The notes: generated by a model from the sequence alone, not told the origin. Positions 35,127 to 45,441 are shown, counted from the first letter of the stretch. The stretch: DNA of 64,000 nt from Clostridia bacterium (GCA_045637095.1 JAZTYX010000054.1:1373-65372), one strand, 5' to 3'. A program made the numbers and translations.

Positions 35127-37976
35127 TTGGGAAAAATTAAAGTAAGCGAATTAGCTAAAAAAGTTAATATGGCAGAAGATGTAGTAATAAAGAAGTTAAA
35201 ATCATTTGGAGTTAATGTAGAAAATGGAGCAAGTATGGTAGAAGAATCATATGCAAGTAAGTTTGCGTCTACTACACCACACATAATACGTAGACAAGTA
35301 AAAGTTGTAACTACTGATGCGTCTGGTAATAAAGTAGAAAGAATAACAACTAATGCAGGTGGAACTATACAACAAAGCGTTGTTAGAGAAAAGAAACAAG
35401 AAAAACCTACATATAGCAAAGAAGGTTTAGGTGTTGTTAGAAGTAATAGAAATAGAAATAACAACAGAATGCAAAATATAGTTGTTACTCAAAATGGTAA
35501 AAAGGTAGAACCTAAAGTAGAACCAAAACCAGTAGTAGAAGAAACAAAAGCTCCAGTAGTAGAAAAAGTTGAAACTAAAGTGGTAGAAAAACCTGTGGAA
35601 AAACCAGAGGTTAAGTCTCCTGTAACTAAAGCTCCAGAAAATAGAACAGAATCTAAGAGATTCGATAATAACAAAGAAAATAAAGGCGGATTTAATAGAG
35701 ATAATAGAGAAGGCAGAGATAACAGAGATAACAAATTCCAAAACAGAGATAATAACAACAATAGATTTAATAAAGATAGAAAAGATGGTGTAAATAATAA
35801 TAGACCATTTAACAAAGGACCAAGAAACCAAGAAGGTAGAAATGGCGAAAGACCAAACAAACCAAATTTCCAAAATAGAGATAATAATAGAACAGGATCA
35901 AACACTGGCTATAGAGTAAATAAATTCATCAAAGAAACTATTGATGATACAATCCAAAAAGAAACTAGAGATTACTCTACAACATTAATAGACAAGAAAA
36001 AATATAATTCAGAAAAAGCAGAAAAACCAGAATCAACAACAAAGAGAGCAGCTAAAAATGCTAATGAAATTAGAGAAAAGAATACTAGAATGGAATTTAG
36101 CAAATTTAGAGGTATGTCAGTTTCTGAAGAAGGCTTAATGGATCTATATGATAGAGGAGAAAACAGAAAAGGTAAAGCAAAAGCTAAAAAACAAAAAGTA
36201 GAAATGAACACTACTAAGATAATACCTTTAACAGAAGTTGAACTTCCAGAATCTATGAGCGTTAAAGACTTCGCAGAAAAATTAAAGAAACAAGCATCAG
36301 AAATAATTAAGAAACTATTCTCAATGGGAATACTAGCAACAGTTAACCAAGAAATAGATTTCGATACAGCATTCTTAATAGCATCAGAATTTGGAATTAA
36401 TGCAACTAAACAAGTTGTAGTAACAGAAGAAGATGTGTTATTCGATGATTCTGAAGACAAAGAAGAAGATCTAGAAATCAGACCACCAGTTGTAACAATC
36501 ATGGGACACGTTGACCATGGTAAAACATCATTACTAGATAAAATACGTTCATCAAACGTAACAGCTGGAGAATCTGGTGGAATTACACAACATATTGGTG
36601 CATACAAAGTTAAGATTAACGGTCGTGAAATCGCATTCTTAGATACACCAGGACATGAAGCGTTCACAGAAATGAGAGCAAGAGGAGCTCAAATAACAGA
36701 TATAGTTGTAATAGTTGTAGCAGCAGATGATGGTATAAAACCACAAACAGTTGAAGCTATAAACCATGCTAAAGCAGCTGGAGTTTCAATAATAGTTGCA
36801 ATAAACAAAATAGATAAAGATACAGCAAATGCAGATAGAGTAAAACAAGAATTACTTGAAGTTGGTCTTGTTCCAGAAGAATGGGGTGGAGACACAATTT
36901 GTGTTCCAGTATCTGCAAGAACAGGTGATGGAATAGAGAATCTTCTTGAAATGATACTTCTAGTAGCAGATGTAAAAGAACTTAAAGCAAACCCTAACAA
37001 ACAAGCTAAGGGTACAGTTATAGAAGCTAAGCTAGACAAGACTAAAGGGCCTCTAGCAACAGTACTTGTACAAAGAGGTACATTAAATGTTGGAGACACA
37101 ATAGTTCTAGGAGATACAATTGGTAGAGTTCGTGTAATGACAAATGATAGAGGAGAAAAAGTTAAAAAAGCTGGACCTTCTACACCAGTTGAAATCTTAG
37201 GTTTAGGATCAGTTCCTGAAACTGGAGATACATTCTATGAAGTAAAAGATGAAAAGACAGCACATAAATTAATAGAAAAGAGAAAAGCACAACATAGATT
37301 AGACCTTATTAAGAAAGGCAGCGCAGTTACTCTTGATGATCTATTCAACAAGATTAAAGATGGCGAACTAATTAATCTAGATGTTGTACTTAGAGCAGAC
37401 GTTAAGGGTTCTGCAGAAGCAGTTAAAGAATCATTAGAAAAATTATCTAATGATGAAGTAAGAGTAAGAGTTATAGCATCAAATACTGGTGAAATAACAG
37501 AATCAGATATCACTCTTGCAAAAGTATCTAACGCAATTGTTATAGGATTTAACGTTAAAGCTAACGGTCAAGTTCAAGCAATGGCAGATAAAGAAAAAGT
37601 AGACTTAAGACTATACAAAGTTATCTACGATGCAATAGAAGATGTTGAGCTTGCAATGAAAGGTAAAGTTAAACCTAAATACAAACAAGTGGATATTGGT
37701 AAAGCAGAAATTAGACATATATTCAAACTTTCTACAGCTGGTATTATTGCAGGAAGCTACATACTAGAAGGTAAAGTGGTAAGAAATGCAATGGCTAGAC
37801 TTGTAAGAAAAGGTGAAGTAATCTTAGAAACTAAGATAGAATCAGTAAAACGTGAAAAAGACGATGTTAAAGAAGTAGCAGAAGGATATGAATGTGGTAT
37901 TAAAGTATCTGATTCAAATGAAATCAAAGAAGGCGACATTCTAGAATGCTATGAATTAGTTGAGGAGAAAAAATAA
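35127..37976 (+). CDS. infB: Translation initiation factor IF-2
   Basis: TTG start after GGGGGAA. Low-complexity N-terminal region, then GTPase motifs GHVDHGKTS, DTPGH and NKID. Length 949 aa. Confidence 0.97.
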   Translation: MGKIKVSELAKKVNMAEDVVIKKLKSFGVNVENGASMVEESYASKFASTTPHIIRRQVKVVTTDASGNKVERITTNAGGTIQQSVVREKKQEKPTYSKEGLGVVRSNRNRNNNRMQNIVVTQNGKKVEPKVEPKPVVEETKAPVVEKVETKVVEKPVEKPEVKSPVTKAPENRTESKRFDNNKENKGGFNRDNREGRDNRDNKFQNRDNNNNRFNKDRKDGVNNNRPFNKGPRNQEGRNGERPNKPNFQNRDNNRTGSNTGYRVNKFIKETIDDTIQKETRDYSTTLIDKKKYNSEKAEKPESTTKRAAKNANEIREKNTRMEFSKFRGMSVSEEGLMDLYDRGENRKGKAKAKKQKVEMNTTKIIPLTEVELPESMSVKDFAEKLKKQASEIIKKLFSMGILATVNQEIDFDTAFLIASEFGINATKQVVVTEEDVLFDDSEDKEEDLEIRPPVVTIMGHVDHGKTSLLDKIRSSNVTAGESGGITQHIGAYKVKINGREIAFLDTPGHEAFTEMRARGAQITDIVVIVVAADDGIKPQTVEAINHAKAAGVSIIVAINKIDKDTANADRVKQELLEVGLVPEEWGGDTICVPVSARTGDGIENLLEMILLVADVKELKANPNKQAKGTVIEAKLDKTKGPLATVLVQRGTLNVGDTIVLGDTIGRVRVMTNDRGEKVKKAGPSTPVEILGLGSVPETGDTFYEVKDEKTAHKLIEKRKAQHRLDLIKKGSAVTLDDLFNKIKDGELINLDVVLRADVKGSAEAVKESLEKLSNDEVRVRVIASNTGEITESDITLAKVSNAIVIGFNVKANGQVQAMADKEKVDLRLYKVIYDAIEDVELAMKGKVKPKYKQVDIGKAEIRHIFKLSTAGIIAGSYILEGKVVRNAMARLVRKGEVILETKIESVKREKDDVKEVAEGYECGIKVSDSNEIKEGDILECYELVEEKK

Positions 37977-38353
37977 TGAGAACAGAAAGAGTAGATGAAG
38001 ATATTAAGTATTACATAGATAGAATACTTAGAGAAAATATATCTAAATTTACAGATTCAGGCATAATAACTGTAACTTCAGTAAAGACAACTAAGGACTT
38101 AAGATATTCTAAAGTCTATGTGAGTATATTTGGAACAAAATATACTCACCAAGTCTTTGATAGACTAGTTAAAGGCGCTGGATTTGTAAGAAAGAATTTA
38201 GCATCTATGCTTAAAGCAAGAAATATTCCAGACATAGTATTTGAACTAGATGATTCTATGGAATATGGTTCAAAGATGGAAAGAATAATAAATGAAGTAA
38301 GTGCTAAAGATAGAGAAAATAGAGAAGCACATGCTGAACAGGTAGAAGAATAA
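37976..38353 (+). CDS. rbfA: Ribosome-binding factor A
   Basis: 125 aa. The ITVTSVKTTKDLRYSKVYVSIFG segment is the RbfA KH-like core. Confidence 0.9.
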   Translation: MRTERVDEDIKYYIDRILRENISKFTDSGIITVTSVKTTKDLRYSKVYVSIFGTKYTHQVFDRLVKGAGFVRKNLASMLKARNIPDIVFELDDSMEYGSKMERIINEVSAKDRENREAHAEQVEE

Positions 38354-38373
38354 TATAATTTAAGGGGTATAAT

Positions 38374-39327
38374 ATGGATTTTGAAAAAGCTAAATTATTA
38401 ATAGATAATGCAAAAACAATATGTTTGGTAGCACATAAGAAACCAGATGGAGATGCGGTAGGATGCGTAGGTGCAATGTACCACTTCTTAAAAGAACTTG
38501 GAAAAGATGTATATATGGTAATGCCAGATGTAACGCCAAGATTTAGTTTCTTGCCAGAAATAGATAAGGTAGTAAGTAGATTTCCTGAGGATAAAGAATT
38601 AGACCTTTTAATATGTCTAGATTGTTCAGAAATAGAAAGAAGATCAAGCATTGCTAAAGAGGACCTAGAAAGAGCACACAAAATATTAGTAATAGACCAC
38701 CATATGAATAGTTCAGAAGAAGGAGACCTAAGAATAATAGATAGTGAAGCTCCAGCTAATGCAGAAATTGTGTACAAGTTAATAAAATATATTAACCCAG
38801 TGATTTCTAAAGATGTAGCAACATATCTTTATGTTGGTATTATGACAGATACAGGTAGTTTCAATTATGAAAGAACTACAGGAGATACATATAGAGTAGC
38901 TGCAGAGTTAGTGGATACAGGAGTAGAGTTCTCTAAAATATGCAAGAAAATAAATGACACATATTCAGAATCTAAAATGAAGTTAATAGCTAAAGTTATA
39001 GACAATATGGAAACATATGCTGATGGTAAAATACGTGTTAGCGTATTAGATAAAGAGACGCAAGAAGAATTAGGTGCGACAGAAGAAGATGTTGATGGCT
39101 TAGTTACATATCTAAGATGCATAGAAGGAACAATAGCTGCTGTGTATATTAGATGGACTAAAGAGGGAGAATATAAATATAGCATAAGAACTGAAGAACC
39201 AATAGATGGTTCGGAAGTGGCTAGAGCGTTTAATGGTGGCGGACACAAGAGAGCTGCTGGGTTTGAAACAACAAATCTTAAAGATACTAAAGAGAAATTG
39301 ATACAAATGTTGGAAGGGTTGTTGTAA
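38374..39327 (+). CDS. nrnA: DHH/DHHA1 phosphoesterase NrnA (nanoRNase/pAp phosphatase)
   Basis: DHH motifs (HKKPDGDAVGC, ...DHH...) and DHHA1 GGGHKRAAG. Confidence 0.85.
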   Translation: MDFEKAKLLIDNAKTICLVAHKKPDGDAVGCVGAMYHFLKELGKDVYMVMPDVTPRFSFLPEIDKVVSRFPEDKELDLLICLDCSEIERRSSIAKEDLERAHKILVIDHHMNSSEEGDLRIIDSEAPANAEIVYKLIKYINPVISKDVATYLYVGIMTDTGSFNYERTTGDTYRVAAELVDTGVEFSKICKKINDTYSESKMKLIAKVIDNMETYADGKIRVSVLDKETQEELGATEEDVDGLVTYLRCIEGTIAAVYIRWTKEGEYKYSIRTEEPIDGSEVARAFNGGGHKRAAGFETTNLKDTKEKLIQMLEGLL

Positions 39328-39329
39328 AG

Positions 39330-40205
39330 GTGAAAATAACAGGAATACTTAATATTAATAAACCTGCAGGTATAACGTCTTATGATGTTGTAGATGTTAT
39401 TAAAAAGTTGTTTATAGGTTCCAAAGTTGGACATACTGGTACATTAGACCCAGTTGCTACAGGTGTATTACCAATACTTATTGGAGATGCTACTAAACTT
39501 TCAGATAACTTAACTGCAGAGAATAAGGCATACAGAGTAAAAATGTTGCTAGGTGTAGAAACAGATACTTATGATATAACAGGTAAAATAGTTTCAGCAT
39601 CAGTAGTAAATAAAGATGAAATATATATTCGTGAAAGAATAAAAAGATTTATTGGAGTTCAGGAACAAGTTCCACCACAGTATAGTGCAATAAAAGTATC
39701 TGGTAAAAAAGCATACGAATATGCACGTGAAGGAAAAGAAATAGAACTTAAAGCAAGAACTATAGAAATACATGATATAAATAACATTGCGGTAGACTTA
39801 AAAAAACGTGAAGTAATGTTTGATGTATATTGTACAAAAGGAACTTATGTGAGAAGTCTTGTAAATGATATAGGTAGAAAATTAGGTTGCGGAGCAACTA
39901 TGATAGACCTAATTAGACTTAGAAATGGTAACTTCTTTATAGAAGATAGTATAGCACTTTATGATTTCTTAAAATTAAATTTTGAAGATATGAAAAAGCA
40001 TATAGTGCCAATAGAAGATTACTATGATGACTTAAAGAAAATAAATATGTTAAAAGATGAATATACTAAATTCTTAAATGGAGTAAAACTTCCATATGAT
40101 GAACAAGATAAGCTTGTAAAAGTATATTATAATAACAAGTATAAAGGATTAGGTCAAATAAAAGACGGAATTCTAAAAAGATATTTAATAGAAAACGAGG
40201 AATAA
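39330..40205 (+). CDS. truB: tRNA pseudouridine(55) synthase
   Basis: GTG start. GHTGTLDP catalytic-Asp motif and a PUA-less TruB body of 291 aa. Confidence 0.9.
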   Translation: MKITGILNINKPAGITSYDVVDVIKKLFIGSKVGHTGTLDPVATGVLPILIGDATKLSDNLTAENKAYRVKMLLGVETDTYDITGKIVSASVVNKDEIYIRERIKRFIGVQEQVPPQYSAIKVSGKKAYEYAREGKEIELKARTIEIHDINNIAVDLKKREVMFDVYCTKGTYVRSLVNDIGRKLGCGATMIDLIRLRNGNFFIEDSIALYDFLKLNFEDMKKHIVPIEDYYDDLKKINMLKDEYTKFLNGVKLPYDEQDKLVKVYYNNKYKGLGQIKDGILKRYLIENEE

Positions 40206-40210
40206 GATAA

Positions 40211-40247
40211 CCCTCCAAACACAAAGTTGTTTGGAGGGCTTATTTTA
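40211..40247 (+). terminator. rho-independent terminator after truB
   Basis: CCCTCCAAAC-acaaa-GTTTGGAGGG followed by CTTATTTT. Confidence 0.85.
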
Positions 40248-40260
40248 TGCGCTTTAATAA

Positions 40261-40560
40261 AAAGGTACGCTTTTTTTGACCTATTAGATAGAAAACAAAA
40301 GATAAGTTAAAAAGTATAGAGGGGGGGTAGCCAATTATATTTAGATAGAAAGGAGGAGTGAAAATTAAAAAGGTTCTAAGTAAATTTATATTAAGTGTAG
40401 CAAGTGTGATTTACTACAGGTACCACATAAATTTATATTAAGTAACAAACTAAAGATAAAAGGTGTGTGGTAAACGACCTATTAAATAGAAAACAAAAGA
40501 TAAAGTTAAAATAAAGAACAAAAGGTGTGTGGCATTTTTATATTATATAGAAAGGAGAGA
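40261..40560 (+). repeat. Imperfect direct duplication of a roughly 100-bp intergenic unit (promoter/RBS-containing) upstream of a tandem small-gene pair
   Basis: Unit 1 (40261-40355) and unit 2 (40459-40560) share AAAGGT..GACCTATTARATAGAAAACAAAAGATAARGTTAAAA ... TTATATT..ATAGAAAGGAG. Unit 2 ends in the SD of the 40566 gene, whereas unit 1 is followed only by a 29-codon remnant. Confidence 0.7.
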
Positions 40561-40565
40561 TAAAA

Positions 40566-40832
40566 ATGGATAAACAATTTATAGAGAATGACTTTAAGTA
40601 TAGGGAAATAGAGAACTCTATATCGGATGATCAAGGTATAATATTCAAAGCTTTGATAAAAGAAGAACCAAACATTTTACTTTACACTAGAGATTATACA
40701 TTTGGACAAGTAGTGTTGTTGATGGTTGCATTAGAAGATACGTTGAAGTATTTAATTAAAGATTTTCCTGAAGCGTATGCGATAACTCTAGATGCTGATT
40801 TAGAAATTACAAAATATGTGGAATGGAAATAA
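40566..40832 (+). CDS. Small hypothetical protein (88 aa), tandem paralog A
   Basis: SD AAAGGAGAG. Shares the QVVLLMVALEDTLKYLIKDFPEAYAITLD core with the next ORF. Confidence 0.6.
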   Translation: MDKQFIENDFKYREIENSISDDQGIIFKALIKEEPNILLYTRDYTFGQVVLLMVALEDTLKYLIKDFPEAYAITLDADLEITKYVEWK

Positions 40833-40885
40833 CAAAAGAAAGAATTATCATAAAAATATTATTAAAAAGAAGGAGGAATTAAAAA

Positions 40886-41158
40886 ATGGTAAGTAGAATT
40901 AAAGATAATGAAAAAGCGAAAAGAAATTTAGAAAGGTTAGCACTGGAGTCAGAACACGGCTTAATGTTTGCAGCATATATAGGAGGAGAATTAGATAATG
41001 TAGTAACTTGTCTAGAAGAAAACAGAACTACTGAATATCAAATGATACAGCTGATGATAGCATTAAAAGAGACATTAGAAGAACTAATAAAACAACATAC
41101 AGAACTATATGCTGTTGCGCTAAATGAATTACCCGAAACAGAATCAATTCTTATTTAA
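40886..41158 (+). CDS. Small hypothetical protein (90 aa), tandem paralog B
   Basis: SD AAGGAGG. Core QMIQLMIALKETLEELIKQHTELYAVALN is paralogous to the 40566 protein. Confidence 0.6.
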   Translation: MVSRIKDNEKAKRNLERLALESEHGLMFAAYIGGELDNVVTCLEENRTTEYQMIQLMIALKETLEELIKQHTELYAVALNELPETESILI

Positions 41159-41220
41159 TAAACAACTTGCAAAATTATCATTCTTGTATTATTATATAGT
41201 TGTTAATAGGAGGTACAAAT

Positions 41221-42219
41221 ATGATATTATTAACAGGTGGCCTTGGATATATAGGCAGTCATACATGTGTAGAATTACTTAAAAGAGGCGAAAGAATAGT
41301 AATAATGGATAATTTATCTAACAGTAGAGAAGAAGCAATGGATAACATTAAAGCAATATCTAATGCTGGATTTATTTTCTACAAAGCAGATTTATTAGAT
41401 AAAGAATCTATGAGAAGAATATTTAGTGAAAACAAAATAGATGCGGTTGTTCATTTTGCAGGATTAAAAGCGGTGGGCGAATCAGTAGCAAAACCGTTAG
41501 AATATTATAAAAACAATGTTGAAGGAACATTAAATTTATTAGAAATAATGAAGGAATTTGATTGTAACAAGATGGTATTTAGTTCTTCAGCTACAGTATA
41601 TGGTTCTCCAGAAAGAGTTCCAATAACTGAAGATATGCCACTATCTACAACAAATCCATATGGAACAACTAAGCTTATGATAGAACAAATTTTACAAGAT
41701 TACGCGAAATCTAATAAGCAATTTAAAGTGGCTATTCTTAGATACTTTAACCCAATAGGAGCACATGAGTCTGGAGCAATCGGTGAAGATCCAAATGGTA
41801 TACCAAATAATTTAATGCCATATATAGCAAGAGTTGCAAGTGGTAAATTAGAATGCTTAAGTATATATGGAAATGATTATCCAACACATGATGGTACTGG
41901 AGTAAGAGACTACATACACGTAGTAGATTTAGCAAAAGGACATCTAAAAGCTTTAGATAGACTTGCTAAAGATGATACTGGTGTATTTATATATAACTTG
42001 GGTTCTGGTAGAGGATATAGTGTATTAGACATAGTAAAAGCATTTGAAAAAGCTAATGGAATAAAGATTAACTATAAAATAGTTGAAAGAAGACCTGGAG
42101 ATATAGCTAAATGTTATGCTGATGCTACAAAAGCATGGAAAGAACTTGGTTGGAAAGCAGAAAAGACTCTTGAAGATATGGTAAGAGATGCTTGGAACTT
42201 TGAACAAAAACATCGTTAA
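41221..42219 (+). CDS. galE: UDP-glucose 4-epimerase
   Basis: NAD-binding TGGLGYIGSH, catalytic YxxxK, 333 aa. Start chosen at MILLTGG after SD GGAGG. Confidence 0.9.
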   Translation: MILLTGGLGYIGSHTCVELLKRGERIVIMDNLSNSREEAMDNIKAISNAGFIFYKADLLDKESMRRIFSENKIDAVVHFAGLKAVGESVAKPLEYYKNNVEGTLNLLEIMKEFDCNKMVFSSSATVYGSPERVPITEDMPLSTTNPYGTTKLMIEQILQDYAKSNKQFKVAILRYFNPIGAHESGAIGEDPNGIPNNLMPYIARVASGKLECLSIYGNDYPTHDGTGVRDYIHVVDLAKGHLKALDRLAKDDTGVFIYNLGSGRGYSVLDIVKAFEKANGIKINYKIVERRPGDIAKCYADATKAWKELGWKAEKTLEDMVRDAWNFEQKHR

Positions 42220-42228
42220 AAATATAGT

Positions 42229-42266
42229 AAAACGGAGTAGAAAAAAACTACTTCGTTTTCTTATTC
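42229..42266 (+). terminator. rho-independent terminator after galE
   Basis: AAAACGGAGTAG-aaaaaaa-CTACTTCGTTTT followed by CTTATTC. Confidence 0.7.
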
Positions 42267-42356
42267 TATGCATTTGACATATACTATATAGTATGATAGA
42301 ATACAGTTAAATAAGGGGTAGGTATATAGGGAAAATATGCCTGAAAACTGAAAAAG

Positions 42357-42385
42357 TTGCAATTTGTATTCATTTATGGTATAAT
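42357..42385 (+). promoter_or_regulatory. sigma-A promoter of the M23 peptidase gene
   Basis: TTGCAA, a 17-nt spacer, then TATAAT. Confidence 0.55.
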
Positions 42386-42419
42386 ATAAATTGTGATTGA
42401 AAAGGAAGGTGTAATTATA

Positions 42420-43466
42420 GTGAAAAAAGGGAGTGCCCTCAGAACACTAAGATTCATATTTATAACAGTCGTATTATTTGTACTATCATTTAGTGCAGCG
42501 GTAGTAACAGTATTAAATGTTTATGTACCGCAATATATAGCAAAAATAGACGGAGAACAAGTTGGATATTTTACAAGTCCAGCGGAGTTTGATGAAGTTT
42601 ATGAAAAAATAGTTGATGAAAAAGAAGCTGATGGTTTAGAAGTTAAAGTATATTTACCAGCAGAACCAGAATTTGAATTAACATATGTAGTAGATTCAGT
42701 TACAGAAGAACAAAACTTATATACAAATATGAGAGCTTTTGTAAAAACAGAATATACAACATATAACGTGAACGTAAAAGGTAAAACAGAGCTTACATTT
42801 GCAACTAAAGCGGAAGCAGATGAATATGCTAAAAAAATAAAAAACGCAGTTAAATCTACAGTTAAATCTACAGTTGAAGTTAAATCTGTTGTTACAGAAG
42901 AATTAGTAGGTACAACAGAAAAAGCTTCTGTTAAAAAGATTTATGATAATGTAGTAAGTAGATATAAACCAGTTGTTAGAACATATAGCCCAACATATTG
43001 GGTAACTACTGGTAAAACGAAATATGGTAAAAAAGCATCTGGAGATTTACATGCATTTATATCAGGTGGTGTAAGACCAGCTTCTGGTGTTGTAACACAA
43101 AATTATGGTCCTAGTGCATATTATGCAAGTGGTATGCATACAGGAATAGATATAGCAAGTAAGGGAAGTAAGTATGTTCCAATATATGCATATAAATCTG
43201 GTACAGTTGTAAATGCAGGTACAAATGGCGATTATGGTAAATGTGTTATCATAAGCCATGGTAAGGATGCAAACGGTAATGAACTTCAAACATTATACGC
43301 TCACCTTAGCAGTATAAATGTTGTTAAAGGTCAAACAGTATCTATGGGACAAGAAATTGGTAAGATGGGTACAACAGGACGTTCAACTGGTGTTCACTTA
43401 CACTTTGAAATAAGAGTGTTAGGTGGAGGATATAAAACATTCTATAACCCAGCATATTATATTTAA
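42420..43466 (+). CDS. M23 family (LytM-type) metallopeptidase, membrane-anchored
   Basis: Intact HxxxD (HTGIDIA) and HxH (HLHFEI) motifs. N-terminal TM. GTG start chosen downstream of the promoter, with SD AAGGAAGG. Confidence 0.8.
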   Translation: MKKGSALRTLRFIFITVVLFVLSFSAAVVTVLNVYVPQYIAKIDGEQVGYFTSPAEFDEVYEKIVDEKEADGLEVKVYLPAEPEFELTYVVDSVTEEQNLYTNMRAFVKTEYTTYNVNVKGKTELTFATKAEADEYAKKIKNAVKSTVKSTVEVKSVVTEELVGTTEKASVKKIYDNVVSRYKPVVRTYSPTYWVTTGKTKYGKKASGDLHAFISGGVRPASGVVTQNYGPSAYYASGMHTGIDIASKGSKYVPIYAYKSGTVVNAGTNGDYGKCVIISHGKDANGNELQTLYAHLSSINVVKGQTVSMGQEIGKMGTTGRSTGVHLHFEIRVLGGGYKTFYNPAYYI

Positions 43467-43475
43467 TGAATAATA

Positions 43476-43506
43476 AAAAAGAAACTCGAAAGAGTTTCTT
43501 TTTTTA
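43476..43506 (+). terminator. rho-independent terminator
   Basis: GAAACTC-gaaa-GAGTTTC followed by TTTTTTTT. Confidence 0.8.
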
Positions 43507-43595
43507 CATATTCTTATATATATTCTTGAATAAAGATAAAATATGTTATACCATAAATGTATGAGTAAATAATAATTGTTTATAGGAGGATATAT

Positions 43596-43949
43596 ATGAA
43601 AGATTTTACAAATAATAATTACAACGCTAATGAATTTGCGTATAAGGACGAGGCAAGAGTTCGTGGTATAAGTCTAAAGGGATTAATTGTAATATTAGTT
43701 ATAGTAGGTATGATATTTGGTAGTATTGCAGAGGAATTAAATATTGAATTAGGCGGAAGAAGTAAATATACTATAGACGAGATAGAGGAAATGGCGGAAG
43801 ATTATTGGGAAGATGCCGAGTTTATGGGATATAGTAGATACGAAAGAGAAGATTATGCGATGGATAAGCTTGAAGATAGAGGAGTAGAACTAGAAAGATA
43901 TAATATAAAATTTGATTACAAAGGAGAAGTAGACGTACGAGCTAAATAG
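43596..43949 (+). CDS. Small hypothetical single-TM protein with an acidic C-terminus
   Basis: One TM helix (LIVILVIVGMIFGSI). SD AGGAGGA. Confidence 0.5.
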   Translation: MKDFTNNNYNANEFAYKDEARVRGISLKGLIVILVIVGMIFGSIAEELNIELGGRSKYTIDEIEEMAEDYWEDAEFMGYSRYEREDYAMDKLEDRGVELERYNIKFDYKGEVDVRAK

Positions 43950-44045
43950 AGTTAATTAAAATAACAATTGAAATTAGCAAAGTAATACATAGCTAAAACT
44001 ATGTACTGCGTTGCTTTTTGTATGCAAATAAAGGAGAAATGAAAA

Positions 44046-45311
44046 ATGCAAAAGAAAAAAGGTATATCGTTAATAGTTTTAGTCATTACAATAATAGTAA
44101 TGATAATATTGGCAGCAAGTGTTGTAATAACGTTAAGTAATACGGGAATAATAAATAGAGCAAATCGAGCTGTAGAATTAACAAATGAAAGTCAAGTGCA
44201 AGATTTAGCTGCATTAATATGGGCGGATGCTTATATGGATGAATTGAGAGGAACAGATTTAGTAAATAAAGTAAAAGAAGATTTAGATAAAAAAGGTATA
44301 AAAGAAGCTGAATGGAAAATAACAGTAACAGATAGTGGAGTTAGTGTTATAAATAAAGCAAATATACCAGTTCCGAAATGGGAATTAAAAAGAACAACAA
44401 ATGATTCGGGAATAGTTACAAAAGTAATAGTTACAGATGGGACGAGTGAAATAGAAGTAGGTTCTACTATAAATTATATGGTAGACGGAGTAGGAGATAC
44501 AAACTATAAAGGTGGATGGAAACTACTCGGTGCTGATGAAAATGGAAGATTATTGATAGTATCAACCGCAGATCTTGGTATAACAGGAAGCAACATTACA
44601 ATAGGAGATAATGCTAATTTTGATACTTGTAAAACAAGTATGGAAGGTGCGTTAACGACATTGCAAAATACAGTTAATAGTTATAAAGATGGAACAATCG
44701 GAGTAGAAGTTAGAAGCATAAGAATGGATGATGTGGATAAAGTAACAGGATTTGATCCTAAAACATATACAACATATTTTATGAATGCGGGCAACGTTAA
44801 TTCGTATGGGCAGGAAGTAAAATACGAATGGGATAATAATGCTGTAAAATATACTTGGAAAAACGGTGATGAAACAGTAACCGGTACATTGGAAGGACCA
44901 CATGGGGGTTATACATATTTTGATGAAACAACAAACAAGATTATAACAAGTGCAAAAGCAGCTTCTGGAGATATAGTAACGTTAAAAGAAAGTTATTATG
45001 GATATACAGGTAAAAACGTTCTGAGTGAAGAAACATTATCATATAAGATGTTATTTAGAAATTCAACAGATACAGCTAATGTAGCATATTGGTTGGCCAC
45101 AAGAAGTGTATTAATGTATTATGATTTTACAAATTTTTGTCTGGGGATTGTAAGTAGTAATTTTGCTAATCCTGGTGCACTAAGCATAGTAGATTCAATG
45201 GGGATGTATAGTGCATATTCATTCCCTGTTCGTGCGGTGGTGACGTTAGCAGCTGATGTAACTCTTACAGAAAGTAAAACAGTATCAGGCGCGTATGATT
45301 TAAACAAATAA
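44046..45311 (+). CDS. Pilin-like / signal-anchored surface protein (family member 4), immediately upstream of the dcw cluster
   Basis: N-terminus MQKKKG|ISLIVLVITIIVMIILAASVVITL. Collinear similarity to the 23019 protein, including the C-terminal YWLAT...VRAVVTLAADV. Confidence 0.6.
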   Translation: MQKKKGISLIVLVITIIVMIILAASVVITLSNTGIINRANRAVELTNESQVQDLAALIWADAYMDELRGTDLVNKVKEDLDKKGIKEAEWKITVTDSGVSVINKANIPVPKWELKRTTNDSGIVTKVIVTDGTSEIEVGSTINYMVDGVGDTNYKGGWKLLGADENGRLLIVSTADLGITGSNITIGDNANFDTCKTSMEGALTTLQNTVNSYKDGTIGVEVRSIRMDDVDKVTGFDPKTYTTYFMNAGNVNSYGQEVKYEWDNNAVKYTWKNGDETVTGTLEGPHGGYTYFDETTNKIITSAKAASGDIVTLKESYYGYTGKNVLSEETLSYKMLFRNSTDTANVAYWLATRSVLMYYDFTNFCLGIVSSNFANPGALSIVDSMGMYSAYSFPVRAVVTLAADVTLTESKTVSGAYDLNK

Positions 45312-45326
45312 TATATAAACCAAAAT

Positions 45327-45368
45327 AAAACAAACAAGTTAAAAAATTAACTTGTTTGTTTTATTTTT
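45327..45368 (+). terminator. rho-independent terminator
   Basis: AAACAAACAAGTT-aaaaaatt-AACTTGTTTGTTT followed by TATTTTT. Confidence 0.8.
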
Positions 45369-45413
45369 GATTTCAAAAAATTTATAAATTTTTAAAAAAT
45401 ATGTAAAAAGGTA

Positions 45414-45441
45414 TTGCAATTATATACTTATTTGATATAAT
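45414..45441 (+). promoter_or_regulatory. Pmra-like sigma-A promoter of the dcw cluster
   Basis: TTGCAA, a 16-nt spacer, then TATAAT. Confidence 0.55.

Noticed and set aside
40358-40447. 29-codon ORF (MKIKKVLSKFILSVASVIYYRYHINLY) inside the duplicated intergenic unit
   Set aside because: The GTG start is only 1 nt from the SD core, so spacing is unfavourable, and it shows no similarity to the downstream paralogs. Treated as a degenerate remnant.
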